A stretch of DNA of 59,336 nt, the filler included, from Basidioascus undulatus (Eukaryota), in NCBI GenBank assembly GCA_000826855.1. It is 7 parts of 7 records of this genome, joined end to end, with 100 filler letters (N's around TTAATTAATTAA, not from the genome) between each part and the next. Parts side by side here need not be neighbours in the genome. Positions count along the whole stretch, not along the records: positions 8,504 to 16,900 come from JTLS01001396.1; positions 17,001 to 25,396 come from JTLS01001397.1; 5 more parts are not named here. The stretch is one strand, 5' to 3'. The notes under the pieces were generated by a model. The model did not search any database. It was not told where the DNA came from and was given only the letters and a program-made list of their open reading frames with translations. This document shows positions 10,159 to 21,187 of the stretch, one piece after another; within the stretch, counting starts at the first letter, position 1; each line of letters starts with the position of its first letter. Made by a program: the position numbers and the translations under genes.

Positions 10159-12720
10159 ATGCTCACCCGCTCCCTGCGCGCCCTCGCCCCGCGGCTAGCG
10201 CGCACCTACGCGTCGGCGCCCACGCGCGGCCCGTACGCGACGCTCTCCGAGTCGGACCTGCCCTCGCTCGCGGCGCTCCTCTCCGCGCCCGAGACGTCGC
10301 TGCTCACGTCCCTCGGCAGCGGCGCGAACGCGAGTGCCGAGGAGCTCGCGACGTACAACAACGACTGGATGGGCAAGTACTACGGCAAGAGCCGGGTGGT
10401 TGTCCGCCCGAAGAGCACGGAGGAGGTCAGCAAGGTCCTCAAGTGGTGCAATGAGAGGAGGGTCGCGGTCGTGCCCCAGGGCGGGAACACGGGCTTGGTC
10501 GGTGCGTTCTTCCTCCTTCTCCCGACCCTCTCCGATCTCCTTTCAACTGGATGGTGATACTGACTTCCGAGCGCATGTGGCAGGCGGTTCCGTCCCGGTG
10601 CACGACGAGCTAGTCCTCTCTCTCTCCTCGCTCTCGCAGATCCGGTCGTTCGACCCGGTCTCCTCTGTCGTCGCATGCGACGCGGGCGTCGTGCTTGAGA
10701 ACCTCGACGCGTTCCTCGCGATCAAGGGCCACATCGTGCCCCTCGACCTCGGCGCCAAGGGCTCGTGCCACATCGGCGGAAACGTCGCCACCAACGCCGG
10801 CGGCCTGCGCCTGCTCCGCTATGGGAGCTTGCATGGCAGCGTGCTGGGCTTGGAGGTTGTCTTGCCCGATGGGCGCGTGCTGGATACTATGAAGGGGCTG
10901 AAGAAGGACAACACCGGTGCGTGTCCTTCCCTCCTTCCCTCTCCACCTCCTCTCCCTCTCACTTTCCCCATTACTTTCATCTTGCTTGCTCCCTCCTTCC
11001 TACCATCTTTCTTCCCGTCCCTCCTCCACTCACGCCCCACAACCTCCCCCCAGGATTCGACATCAAGCAGCTCTTCATTGGCTCCGAGGGCACCCTGGGC
11101 ATAATCACCGGCGTCTCGCTCTTCACCCCGATCCGGCCAAGTACCACGAACGTCGCCGTCTTCGCGCTCCCCTCGTACGCAGCCGTGCAGGATACGTTCA
11201 CCGCGACGCGCACCCACCTCGGCGAGATCCTCTCTGCCTTCGAGTTCTTCGACAGCGCCGCGTACCGCCTTGTTAAGGCCCACGGCGCCAAGCCTGCTTT
11301 CTCCGAGGGAGAGGAGGAGCCGTTTTTCGTCCTTGTGGAGACGAGCGGGAGTAATGCGGCGCATGACGAGGAGGTGCGTGCGCTCCCCTTTCTTCATTTC
11401 CACCTCCCGCCTCCGCCATCTTCCCGCATCCCCCTCCTCGCCCTCCTACCCATCCTATCCCCCCGCAAATGGCCTCGTGATCTGACCCCCCGGCGCTCCA
11501 CACAGAAACTCCAAAACCTCCTCGAGCACCTGCTTGAGTCCGGAACAATCTCGGACGGCGTGCTCGCGCAGGACACGACGCAGATTGCCAGCTTGTGGCA
11601 GCTGCGCGAGGGGATTCCCGAGGCGGCTGGGCGGGAGGGGAAGGTGCGCTTGTCTTCCTTGCCTTCCTCCTTCCTCCTTCGACCTTCGACCTTCGACCTT
11701 CGACCTTCCCACTTCCCACTCTCCCTTCCCTCCATCTTTTACCTCCTTCTCTTCAATTCCCGAGTTCCCGCTTTCCGAGGGTGATACTGACCCTCCACCC
11801 TCGCCCCGCCCGCAGGTCTACAAATACGATGTCCGTCCCCTCCCCTTTCCCCTTCCCTCTCCTCCTCCCTTCTCTCCTTCCTAACATCCGCACCCCGCCG
11901 CAGCTCTCTGTCCCCGTCCCCCAAATGTACTCCCTCGTCGAGTCCCTGCGCGCGCGCTTCGCGTCGGAAGGGCTGCTCGAGCGCGCCGAGGAGGGCGGGT
12001 CTGCGATCGGCAAGGGTGGGGTGAAGACTGTTGTGGGTTATGGACATATCGGTTCGTCTTCGCCTTCTCCTGGTGGTTCGGGTGGAGAGGATGCGGTGCG
12101 GGGAATATGGGCGAGTGGGTGATTGGGTGGTTGGGAGAGTGGGGGTGCTTGTGGAAGAGATGTGGAGTACTGATGGTGGTGGGGTGGACGCAGGTGACGG
12201 GAACTTGCACATCAACGTGTGCTGCAACTCGTACGACCCCGCGATCGAAAAGGTCATCGAGCCGTATGTTTATGAGCTGGTTTGTGCGTCTTCCCTCTCC
12301 CTTCTGCTTCCCCTCCTTCCTCGGAGTGATTGCTGACTTTGCTTGTCGGGCAGCTGAGCACCGCGGCTCAATCTCGGCTGAGCATGGGCTGGGCGTGATG
12401 AAGGTCTGTCTCGGGTTCCTTGTCTCTGCTTCCTCTCAACTTTTCTCGCTTTCTTCTGCGTCAGGGCAGTCGGTGGGAGAGAGCGACTGACGCTCATGTG
12501 CGTTGCGTGGGTGGGATGGAACAGGCGCCCTACATCGGCTACTCACAGACGCCGCTTGCGGTCGAGTGGATGAAGACGCTAAAGAAGACGTTTGATCCGA
12601 ATAACATCCTGAACCCGGTGCGTCTTCCTACACTCGTCCTCCCTTCCTTCTTACCACCTTTCTTGTTCACGAACTGACCGGTGGGATCGCGCGGGGCAGT
12701 ACAAGTACGTCACGGTCTAG
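10159..12720 (+). CDS. DLD2: Mitochondrial D-2-hydroxyglutarate/D-lactate dehydrogenase (FAD-binding 4 + FAD-oxidase C)
   Basis: Presequence [18 protein letters not shown]; motifs [81 protein letters not shown] (15-nt exon 11816-11830), [35 protein letters not shown]. Confidence 0.95.
11676..11708 (+). repeat. Intronic 7-bp tandem repeat (CCTTCGA)x4.7
   Basis: Read directly in a DLD2 intron. Confidence 0.9.
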
Positions 12721-13297
12721 AGGTAGACAGACGGGACGGGATGTCGAGTCGGAGTGATGGATGGACTGTCAGTCAGGGCGGGAGAGGGGGATGGGGTGAG
12801 ATGTGAGAGGGAGAGGGAGGCGGTGGCGGAGGACGCAGGGCGCGTGAGGGAGAGGGAGGATGGGGGATCGTCGGACGGACTGGACGGACTGGCCAGGACA
12901 GGACTTAGCGCTTGCTACTTGACGTGTAGATGCACCGACGTTTGTGATTTCGTCGGCGCCACGTGATGTTCTGGGAGCATTGCCATTGTCATAAATTGTC
13001 GCGTTGCAAGCTAGCATTGTCAGCATCGCGGGTTGAGCACGGCTTCGACGGAATCTGAGGGCGTGTGCACAGCAGTGCCCCACGCCATGATGGTGGGCAG
13101 GCCATCGCCATCCGTCACTATGAAACAGTTCGTAATAGGTATGTATTACAGAGCGGTATTCTTTCCCGTGTAGGATATATGAATTAAGGAGTCAGGGGGC
13201 AACTTTTTCGGGCGGCTCTCATGCGAGCCTTGCGGTGCTGCTCCTTTGCTTCGAGCCTCCATCGTCTCTACCCCAAGCCCAGTTCAACCACTGGACC

Positions 13298-15850
13298 ATG
13301 ACGAGCGCCATGGTGCGTACCTCAATCAAACCCTCCACCCAAGGAATCTTATTCCCACAAGGATTGATGCTGATCTATGGGTGACGCGCCGCAGGACCTC
13401 GACGGCCCACAAGTTCTCACCGAGCGGCTTCCGGACGAGACCCTGGGCCACATCCTCGATTTCGCTACGGAGGGCAACATCCTGCCGGAGAGTTTCAATG
13501 AACACGATACCTTGCCGCTCTGTCTTGTGTCTAATCGCTGAAATGTGAGTATCCCACTCCGGAAGTCCCCTTTCCCTGCCCTCACGAGTCGTCTGTCCGT
13601 CAGGCCCTCGCCTCTTCCTCTGCTAAGGCGCTCGATCGAAATAGCCCCTGAGACGGTCGAAACCACCGTCCGTCACTTTGACAAGGCCGTTGAACGCGGT
13701 ATTTACCTTGGCCTTCTAATTAGCGAGCTGAGCATCTGCACAGACGAAGAGTACTACGATGAGTACCCTGTCGACGCTCCGTTAGCGGAGAGCCCAGCTT
13801 CTTCCAGCCGCTTCTACACCTCGCATGCAAGATTGAACGTCTTGAGAAATTCTATATGCACCAGGGAGGTTCCTTCGATCTCTCGATAATTGTACGTCTC
13901 GCATCGAGCACTTTTGCTGCGTCGCTGCGCAGTCTCGCAGTCTCGCTTTCCTGCTCTCCCGACGCCGCCGGTCCTCACATCAATCGGTTTCGCTCACTGG
14001 ACTTTTTATGCTTGTGCTTCAGGTGCCCCGCGGGTACTCTTAATGTTGACGCACCTGTTTCACTGGACCTCCCGTGTCTGCAAGGGTGTCGCATTGTCGA
14101 CGTTGCCAACGAGGACTCGCAGCCGAGAATCACGCACGAAGCGCTGACTCTGCTGTCCCACTCGAACATGCACGCGCTGGAGAAACTCGACCTGATCTTC
14201 CAAATGGTCCCCGCCTACGAGCGGCTCGAAGTGCCCTCGTCGCTGTTGGACGTGCCTTGCGGCCGGCTGGGAGGTTTCTGCAGCTCTTCCTCCTGCAGAG
14301 GCTTGCCCCTCTCTCCGTTTGTTTAAGCCTCTTCGATTCACCTCAAACTTTTGCTCCCTTACTCATCCCAACCATTAATAAGATTTTTGCAGCATATCAA
14401 GTTATTATTAACAGCATGCTCGAGAGTCTCAGACCCAGCTGCGCGTTCGTCACATTCCAGTCGTCAAGCACCCGCATCCATCCTCGCCACTGGCCACTAC
14501 TCGCTTGCTCGCCTGCTTCGCCACTCTCCTTTGCTTTTCCCCACTCACATCGTCTCCAAACCCTCACCCTATCCATACGGCGTAGCCCGAAATCAGTTCT
14601 ACGGAGCGGCTCCTAACCCCCGTGCCACCGTGCACTATCCTCTCCGCAAATAAACATTCTCGCCGGTCAGCCATTCCATAAGCATCCTCAAGAAGCCTTG
14701 CGGGGCCTTCAAAAACATTTCGGTTAATATTATCTTTTCCTCGGACTTCGCCCTTGTGGTACCTTTGCGTTCTCCGGATCCCACAGTGGGGTCACTGTAA
14801 CTGTACCTCCTACGCAGCGCGTTCCGGTCTTACTTCGTCTCAGATCCGTCTTGCTGCGGACCCACTTTGAGATACCCCTTTATACCCCTTTATTTTACCT
14901 ACTAATCCACTCTACTGAGCCTCAAGAGCTCACCCCTCCTCCCCCGCAGGCCCGTCCCGCAACTTCGCTCGATCAACGCTCGAGGGAGCCTGTGGCACGG
15001 TTTCCGACTGCGTTTTCTATGGTCCCTCCAGGGTCTGGCTTTTACCCTCTCCACATAGAAAAGCACCACCAAAGAGCCGTTACTGAACCCCGTGCCACCG
15101 TGCATTATCCTCTCCGCACATTACTGATCTTGCAAGTCCGACATTTCCGCAAGGTCGCTCAACTATCTTCCCGGAGTCCTCAAAATATCTCGAGTCTTCA
15201 AGCTTGCCTATTTCTCTCTCCTTTCCGGCATCTGTGCGTTCTCCGGATCGCAGAGGCGGCGGCGTCCACTGTACCTTCTGTATGTAGCGACTCGCACAAC
15301 CCTCTCGATGTAGCGTGTCCCACTTCCACTTCGTCTTCCATCCTGGTAGTTTCTTCTTCCCTGGAACAGTCCCCTACTACTAATATTCCACTAATCACGC
15401 TACCGAGCCTCAAGCTTCATCCACCCTCTCACGCAAGCAGGAATGTCCGGCGACTTTGCTCGCTCGCTGCTCGAGGGTCTTTCAGGGCCGCTGACCTGAG
15501 TTTTCCCGAAGCGTAATCATTTTCCGTATTAAGAAAGATTCACCACCTCCACACGGACTAACACTCACCACTGAGTCGCGACTGAACACCGTGCCGCCGG
15601 GCACTACTCTCATTGCAGATTGCGGCGCCCGAAAATCTGCTGTCGCGCAAGCCCTACAAGACGCTCGGCGGAGCTCGCAGGGCAGCCAATCCCACCTTAC
15701 TTCCGTCCACATTGCTCCTTTCCGCCCCACTGCGCCGTCTTCGGTCCTCTTTATCTAGAGTTTCACCTCAGTCATATCTGAGCGTGCTCCTCTCAACACT
15801 CTCTAGAGAATCTCAAGCGTTCTCTCCCTCTCTCTCCTCCCCCATGCGGC
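13298..15850 (+). pseudogene. F-box / LRR-like protein pseudogene with internal ~470-490 bp repeats
   Basis: MTSAM|intron|DLDGPQVLTERLPDETLGHILDF...LPLCLVSNR*N is an F-box with TGA (13539-13541) at the usual Trp. Frameshift near 13612; downstream Leu-rich segments lie in several frames. 3' boundary uncertain. Confidence 0.65.
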
Positions 15851-16326
15851 CTCTCTGATCACTTCGGGCGATGAATGTTTCAGAGTGTGTCGAGAGCTTC
15901 TCAGCCTTTGTTTTGACAACCAGCATATGATACTCACCGCGAAGGGCTTGGTTGAACGGTAGGATGTTGATGTCAAAGTCGCACTGTTCCATTTGTACCA
16001 CCGTATGCACCCCGCAGCATGAGTTGCAACCCGGTATCTGTCGCTACCTGCCCAGATAAGCGTTGAAATATCACAATAACCTCTTCTGATATGTCCTAAA
16101 GACCGAATCAAACAGTGTGACTAGACGAACAATGCTCTGTCCACTCAGACCTGGGAGAGACGGTATAGCATGCCCAATCAGGACGCATTCAGAACAACAG
16201 ATAGGCATGGTAAGGTTTGGAACCACACACGCTTGACACGAGCCGAGAAAATTCGTGTTGGACTTGTTTGAAGATGACGACACCGGTGCAATCAGCACAA
16301 GAAGCAAAAGAGGGATACAAAAGAAA

Positions 16327-16399
16327 AGCCCCACGCGGGGGTCGAACCCGCAGCCTTGAGATTAAGAGTCTCACGCTCTACCGATTGAGCTAGCGAGGC
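16327..16399 (-). tRNA. tRNA-Lys (CTT)
   Basis: GCCTCGCTAGCTCAATCGGTAGAGCGTGAGA-CT CTT AA-TCTCAAGGCTGCGGGTTCGACCCCCGCGTGGGGCT; full cloverleaf followed by a T-run. Confidence 0.97.
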
Positions 16400-16767
16400 T
16401 TACTGTTCCATTTCCCTTCTTTTACTTCAATGAATCTCGATTTGCCCTGGAGTCCTTTTACCGCTCATACCGCCTAACTGGCTCTCCTGCATTGGAGTTT
16501 TCACAACTTGTAATCCCTCTATCCCAGCAAACGACATTTCTGCTCCCTGCCGCCAAGCCACAGGCACCTCGCACGGGTACCTGATCCCTCTCACTCCGGC
16601 GCCGCCCGTTGGCCGCGTTCGATTCCCGCGCCGAGCCGGTGTCCGGCCCGCGGGCCGACCCGCCGTCCTTGCCCGTCCGCTCGGGGCAATATCGACCCGC
16701 ATTCGCATCCTTCCTGCGTTGCGTCTTCTCTTCCGCCTTCTCGCCTCATCATTATCGAAATATAGGC

Positions 16768-16900
16768 ATGCTGACCCGAAGAGTATTCGCTTCTCTCCGC
16801 GCTGCGGCGGCGGGAGCACAGAGGAGGGCGTATGGGACTGTGCAGAGGGGCGGGATGGGGCGGTGGGGGACGGCTGCGGCGGTGGGTACGGGTGCGGCGG
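16768..16900 (+). CDS. 5' end of a probable mitochondrially targeted protein (partial)
   Basis: MLTRRVFASLRAAAAGAQRRAYGTVQRGG... is an Arg/Ala-rich presequence with an RAY cleavage-like motif; cut by the contig end. Confidence 0.6.
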
Positions 16901-17000
16901 NNNNNNNNNNNNNNNNNNNNNNNNNNNNNNNNNNNNNNNNNNNNTTAATTAATTAANNNNNNNNNNNNNNNNNNNNNNNNNNNNNNNNNNNNNNNNNNNN
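16901..17000. other. Artificial contig linker
   Basis: N44-TTAATTAATTAA-N44. Confidence 0.99.
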
Positions 17001-17822
17001 CTCCATCGTCGCCGTCCCCGCGTGCGAGCAAGCAGGGAAATGCACGAAAGCCACCGCGGCGAGCCGACGCACTTTGAGAACCCGCACCTCCCCGTCGACG
17101 AGCTGTCGCGTTCGTCCGACCGTCCAAACACCATTTCCTCGGTCTACCGCCTTATCGCGCGCTCGCCACCCGCGCAGCATCCAACAACACTCCCGCCGTC
17201 TGAGCCTCCTGCCCTCCCGCCCCGCGCCCCATCAGCCGCAACGACGGAACCCGCTGCCGAGCCGCTATCATCGTCCCCTTCAACAACCCCTGCCCGCCGG
17301 CCTCCGACTCTCCCGCCGCGCAGACACTCGACCGCGCTGGGCGAAAGCGCGTCCGAGGCGCTCGCGCGTGTCGCTGCGCTCGATGCTAAGGCGCGCGAGA
17401 CGAAGGCGGCGACAGTGGGCACGGAGGCTGCGAGGGAGGACGCGAAGCGCGGTGCGGCCGAGTCGGACGCGATCGTCGCGCGCGAGGGGATCGCGGCGGC
17501 TCTGGACCAGTCTGCCAAGGACGTCGCACCGCGAGACGCCGCTGCTCCTCAGCCGGCTTCGCCGGACTTGCCGTCGCGGAGCAAGCCCGACGCGCCGCCC
17601 AAGCCCGACGCGCCGCCCGAGCTGCCCCCGAGGCACGCTGCCCAGCAGGCTCAGGACCTGCCACCGAGGCACGCTACCAAGGAGGCCCCCGACCTGCCGC
17701 CGAGGAGGGAGGGGCCGTCTATGCCTGCCCCTGCGCCTGATCCCGGTAAGAATCCAGGCATCGCGGCTGTGCGGGACGATGGTGCAGGAGACGTTGATGA
17801 GGCTGCGTGGGGCGATATCTGA
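17001..17822 (+). CDS. C-terminal Pro-rich disordered region with repeated PxLPPR (SH3-ligand-like) motifs (partial)
   Basis: Open frame with PALPPR, PTLPPRR, PDLPSR, PELPPRH, QDLPPRH, PDLPPRR; ends DVDEAAWGDI*; high GC3. Confidence 0.7.
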   Translation, partial: LHRRRPRVRASREMHESHRGEPTHFENPHLPVDELSRSSDRPNTISSVYRLIARSPPAQHPTTLPPSEPPALPPRAPSAATTEPAAEPLSSSPSTTPARRPPTLPPRRHSTALGESASEALARVAALDAKARETKAATVGTEAAREDAKRGAAESDAIVAREGIAAALDQSAKDVAPRDAAAPQPASPDLPSRSKPDAPPKPDAPPELPPRHAAQQAQDLPPRHATKEAPDLPPRREGPSMPAPAPDPGKNPGIAAVRDDGAGDVDEAAWGDI

Positions 17823-18183
17823 GCTCGCTTTTTTGGACTTGTGTTGACCGCATCGCATTATATGACCTGCATGATCTCTTGACACTTTTTATCTTGACTG
17901 TCTTGTGGCATACGGAAGATTGAGCGTTTCCACAGATCCAGTCGCGCGCAAAGTCAACACCGAGGGTGTCTGCAATGTAATTCACGACGTCAAATGCCAG
18001 CTCCCCAGAACTGTACCTACACCCTTCCTTCCTTCAGGCCTAGTACTTTCTTGCGTTGGAAATAAAAACACCCCAAGAAATGAGGAGGTGCGTGTAAAGC
18101 TCAGGTATATTAATGACAGTCTTCCCAGATCGTCACACTCAATCGACACGGTTTTCTGCCAGAAATCACGTAAATGCCCTCAA

Positions 18184-18837
18184 TCATTCAATACAGGATA
18201 AGCAGCATAAATAACCATCAGTTGTTTTGTTTCTGTTTGCCAGCGTTCTTGGTCTCTGCATGCCCTCCCGTCGTATCGTCAATGTCCGAAAGCTGCAAGG
18301 GAGAGGCTCAGGCCATGCACATGGAAGGAACAGAAACGTACGTTTTCCCGGAGGCAAATTAAATCCGAATCCAGAGCTTTGCGCGCTCTCGATAGATTGC
18401 TTGGAATCGCCCTCCCGAAGCTCGACCAGCCTCAAAACCGCCTGCTTGAGGTCCTTGACCTCTTTCACGAGCACGCTGATGTCTCGGCGCTCCCCCTTGA
18501 TCTCATTGAGTCCCGAGCGGAGGATGCCGTCCATACTCGACAACGTGCCGCTGCTGTTCTCGATGGCCTTCGCTGCCGAGTGCGGGCGAATGTCCAGCGC
18601 TGTGGGTGTCTGTGGGCATTCGATGGACTCGGCCACGGCATACAGGCCTACGGCGACGCGGGTTGTGATGGCGGAGACAAGGGCTCGAAGAGCCCGCACA
18701 AGTCCAAGACGCTGTTGCGGAGGTGTGGTAGACACCGGCGAGGACGCAGCGGTTGGCGCAGGAGTGTTTTCAGTTGCAGGCGCGACGTCCGTGTCGATGT
18801 TGTGAGGGAGGGTGAGAGTGAGATGCTCCTTGTCCAT
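18184..18837 (-). CDS. Hypothetical protein with short coiled coil
   Basis: 217-aa ORF containing the heptad-like LRSGLNEIKGERRDISVLVKEVKDLKQAVLRLVELRE; 3' end may be spliced. Confidence 0.4.
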   Translation of the reverse strand: MDKEHLTLTLPHNIDTDVAPATENTPAPTAASSPVSTTPPQQRLGLVRALRALVSAITTRVAVGLYAVAESIECPQTPTALDIRPHSAAKAIENSSGTLSSMDGILRSGLNEIKGERRDISVLVKEVKDLKQAVLRLVELREGDSKQSIESAQSSGFGFNLPPGKRTFLFLPCAWPEPLPCSFRTLTIRREGMQRPRTLANRNKTTDGYLCCLSCIE

Positions 18838-19705
18838 TTCAAGTGGGGAGGATACGGGCGTTTAGAAAGGGGAGAGAGCGACGGCACAGCACTTTATGGC
18901 GACGGCGGGATCGTCCTGAAACGACCGCAGTGTTTCGCAATTCGAGACAGCGGGGAGCCGTTGCAATATCGCAAGAACAGAGCTACGTAAGATCTAATTC
19001 TATGGTTTCTGTTTTTTCAAACAGTAATAAGAGCATAACCCCTGGACTTGCAGCAACACACCCGGCTCCCAGCGGCCGTCTTCTCAAGGCTCTCACATAT
19101 GCATGCTGTAATTGCTAGCATCCGGGCGATCTCAACTACCCTGGAAGTAATCAACCCAGAAATTTGAAATTTCGAAGTACCTGTAACGGTCAGAAAATCG
19201 ATGACAATGGTGACTTAGCAGGCTGGTGGTGAGAGCCGTGTAGTTACCGCAGAATGCGCATTTCGCACACATCGAGATACCCTGCTTGGGCCTGTTCAAA
19301 CGTCTAAAAGCAAAGGGGGGAGTATGGGCGGGCGGATCGGCGTGATGAGTCTATTGATTCTATTGATCACGGCACGGAAGTCGTGGAGGTGGAGGAAAGG
19401 CATGACAGACGAGCGTATGCGCCCGCTACTCGAAGTGTCTGATGCTCTTTCGAATGTATTCTGATAGGATTACTGGAGTAAGCATCATTCACTCTAGAAT
19501 TAAGCAGAATTCAGTAGCCGGGGACCTTCGTCTCCACGCGGTTCTCGAATCAGCCGTGTACTCCTTAGGTGGGTAGGTGCTCACAGCGCCCTCCTAAGAT
19601 CCACCGCGGAATCCACTGTGCAGTGAGCGAAAAGCTCTTAAACATAGCCACAAGATTTAATGCAAATTTCTGGATTTCCCAGCATTGCTGTACCATCCAC
19701 GCTCA

Positions 19706-20670
19706 CTACAGCACTGCGCACCGGACCTCGACTCCTTCGCCCTGTCCTCATCTATGATAGCGGTATGCGGGGCCACACCTCCCTCCTCCGGGTCGATCGT
19801 GCTGTCGAAGCACCGGACCAGCACCTCGTCCGGCATGTGGTCGCGAAGGTTACCACCTATGGAGGTCTGTAACACACAATCAGTAGTCGCACCCACAGCC
19901 GGAGAGCTGTAGGCGATAATCACGAACCGCTATACCGAATCACCCACCCGTCCCCATACACGTCCCTCGTCAAGTCCAAGTAGTTCCGCCTGACCGTGCG
20001 CGCATCGCACAGCGCGAGCGGAGAGTCGATGACGGGGCCCTTGAGCGGACGCCAGACGTTGAAGACGGCAGTTTGGGGTCATGTTTCTGGATCCTGGGCA
20101 TCCTCTAGGCCGAGTGCTTGACTGACGAGTTTTTGGGCGTTCTCGGAAGATTGGTCGACGTGAGCACGCTGCGCGGGCTGGGCCGATTCCGGGTTGTCGT
20201 GCTCTGGGAGGTATGTCGGTGCACGACGGCTGCAGGAAACAATGAGAAGGAACTATTACATCCTGCGCAGAGAAGAAGCTGATGCCCACCGGATGTGATA
20301 GTTCCATGACTCGACCCTTTGCGCTCCCAGGTACTCGCGAAGCCACCTAGAAACCGCCTTCCTCATCAACAGTCTGTTCGTGAAGCAAATCTTTTATACT
20401 GACTTACTTGCACGTCTCTTTGACATACTCCTCTTCCCAGACTCCCTTGCCCTCCAAGCCCTTATACGGAACGTTCTCCACCGCGAATCCTTCCACGCCG
20501 ACGGACGGCGGTGCCTTTCCTCGCAGGTTCTCTATCGGAACTGGGCGCGATTCGATGTGAAGCGGCTCGCCTGAAGGAAAGCGGAAGAGTAATGGGAAAG
20601 GGTGGGCCTTGGGGGACGTGGATGGAGCGGAGAAGTTGATTTCAGCTGTAAGGATGTCGGGAGTGGTCAT
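19706..20670 (-). pseudogene. AsaB/CmcJ-like hydroxylase/desaturase, disrupted
   Basis: Motifs IENLRG...VEGF, LGAQRVESWNYHIR, QPAQRAHVDQS, VWRPLKGPVIDSPLALCDARTV, HRW, PDEVL.RCFDS, APHTA, VEVRCAVL*. HRW is followed by TAA and a frameshift (~19850); the PRESIEVR-type motif is broken by a deletion. Confidence 0.8.
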
Positions 20671-21187
20671 GGCGACGGCACGTCGGTCGGACAGGGAAAG
20701 AGCCAGGCTACCAGCGAGGAGGGAAGCTGAGATGCCGAAGACGTCTTTGGCCTCTTTTCCTGTTTTTCTGTTCCTGACACCCAGGCGGAGCTCGGCAGCC
20801 GTTTCACCGCAGCCACCGGTGCGCTCGCATGGTCCTAACAGTCAGTGACTGTCGCCATTCGCCGCCCTGGGAGGCGCCAATCAATGAAAAAAAACATCTT
20901 TACATTTCCAGGAACAGGAACAGTAAACATGCGCAAGTCTGCGGTGTACGACGGATGTAGGCCGGATGAACGCTCGCGGAAGCGATTGCACCATGCGAGG
21001 CTGGAGATACGAGCTTGCTCTCTGAGTCCGCCAACTCCAGGAAACGAGAAGACGCAATCGTACCGTCCGCTCCCAGAGAATTATGCCAGAAGTTTTCTGT
21101 ACCCTCGAGATGAGTTACCTCTGAGCTTGCGAGAGTCTTCTCTTTCTTTCCGCACTCTCGGATTTCAGATCAGCGAACTGGCCCGCA

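Noticed and set aside
13539..13541. TGA at the F-box Trp as possible A-to-I editing or readthrough site
   Set aside because: A frameshift follows within ~70 bp and more lesions lie downstream, so simple decay explains it.
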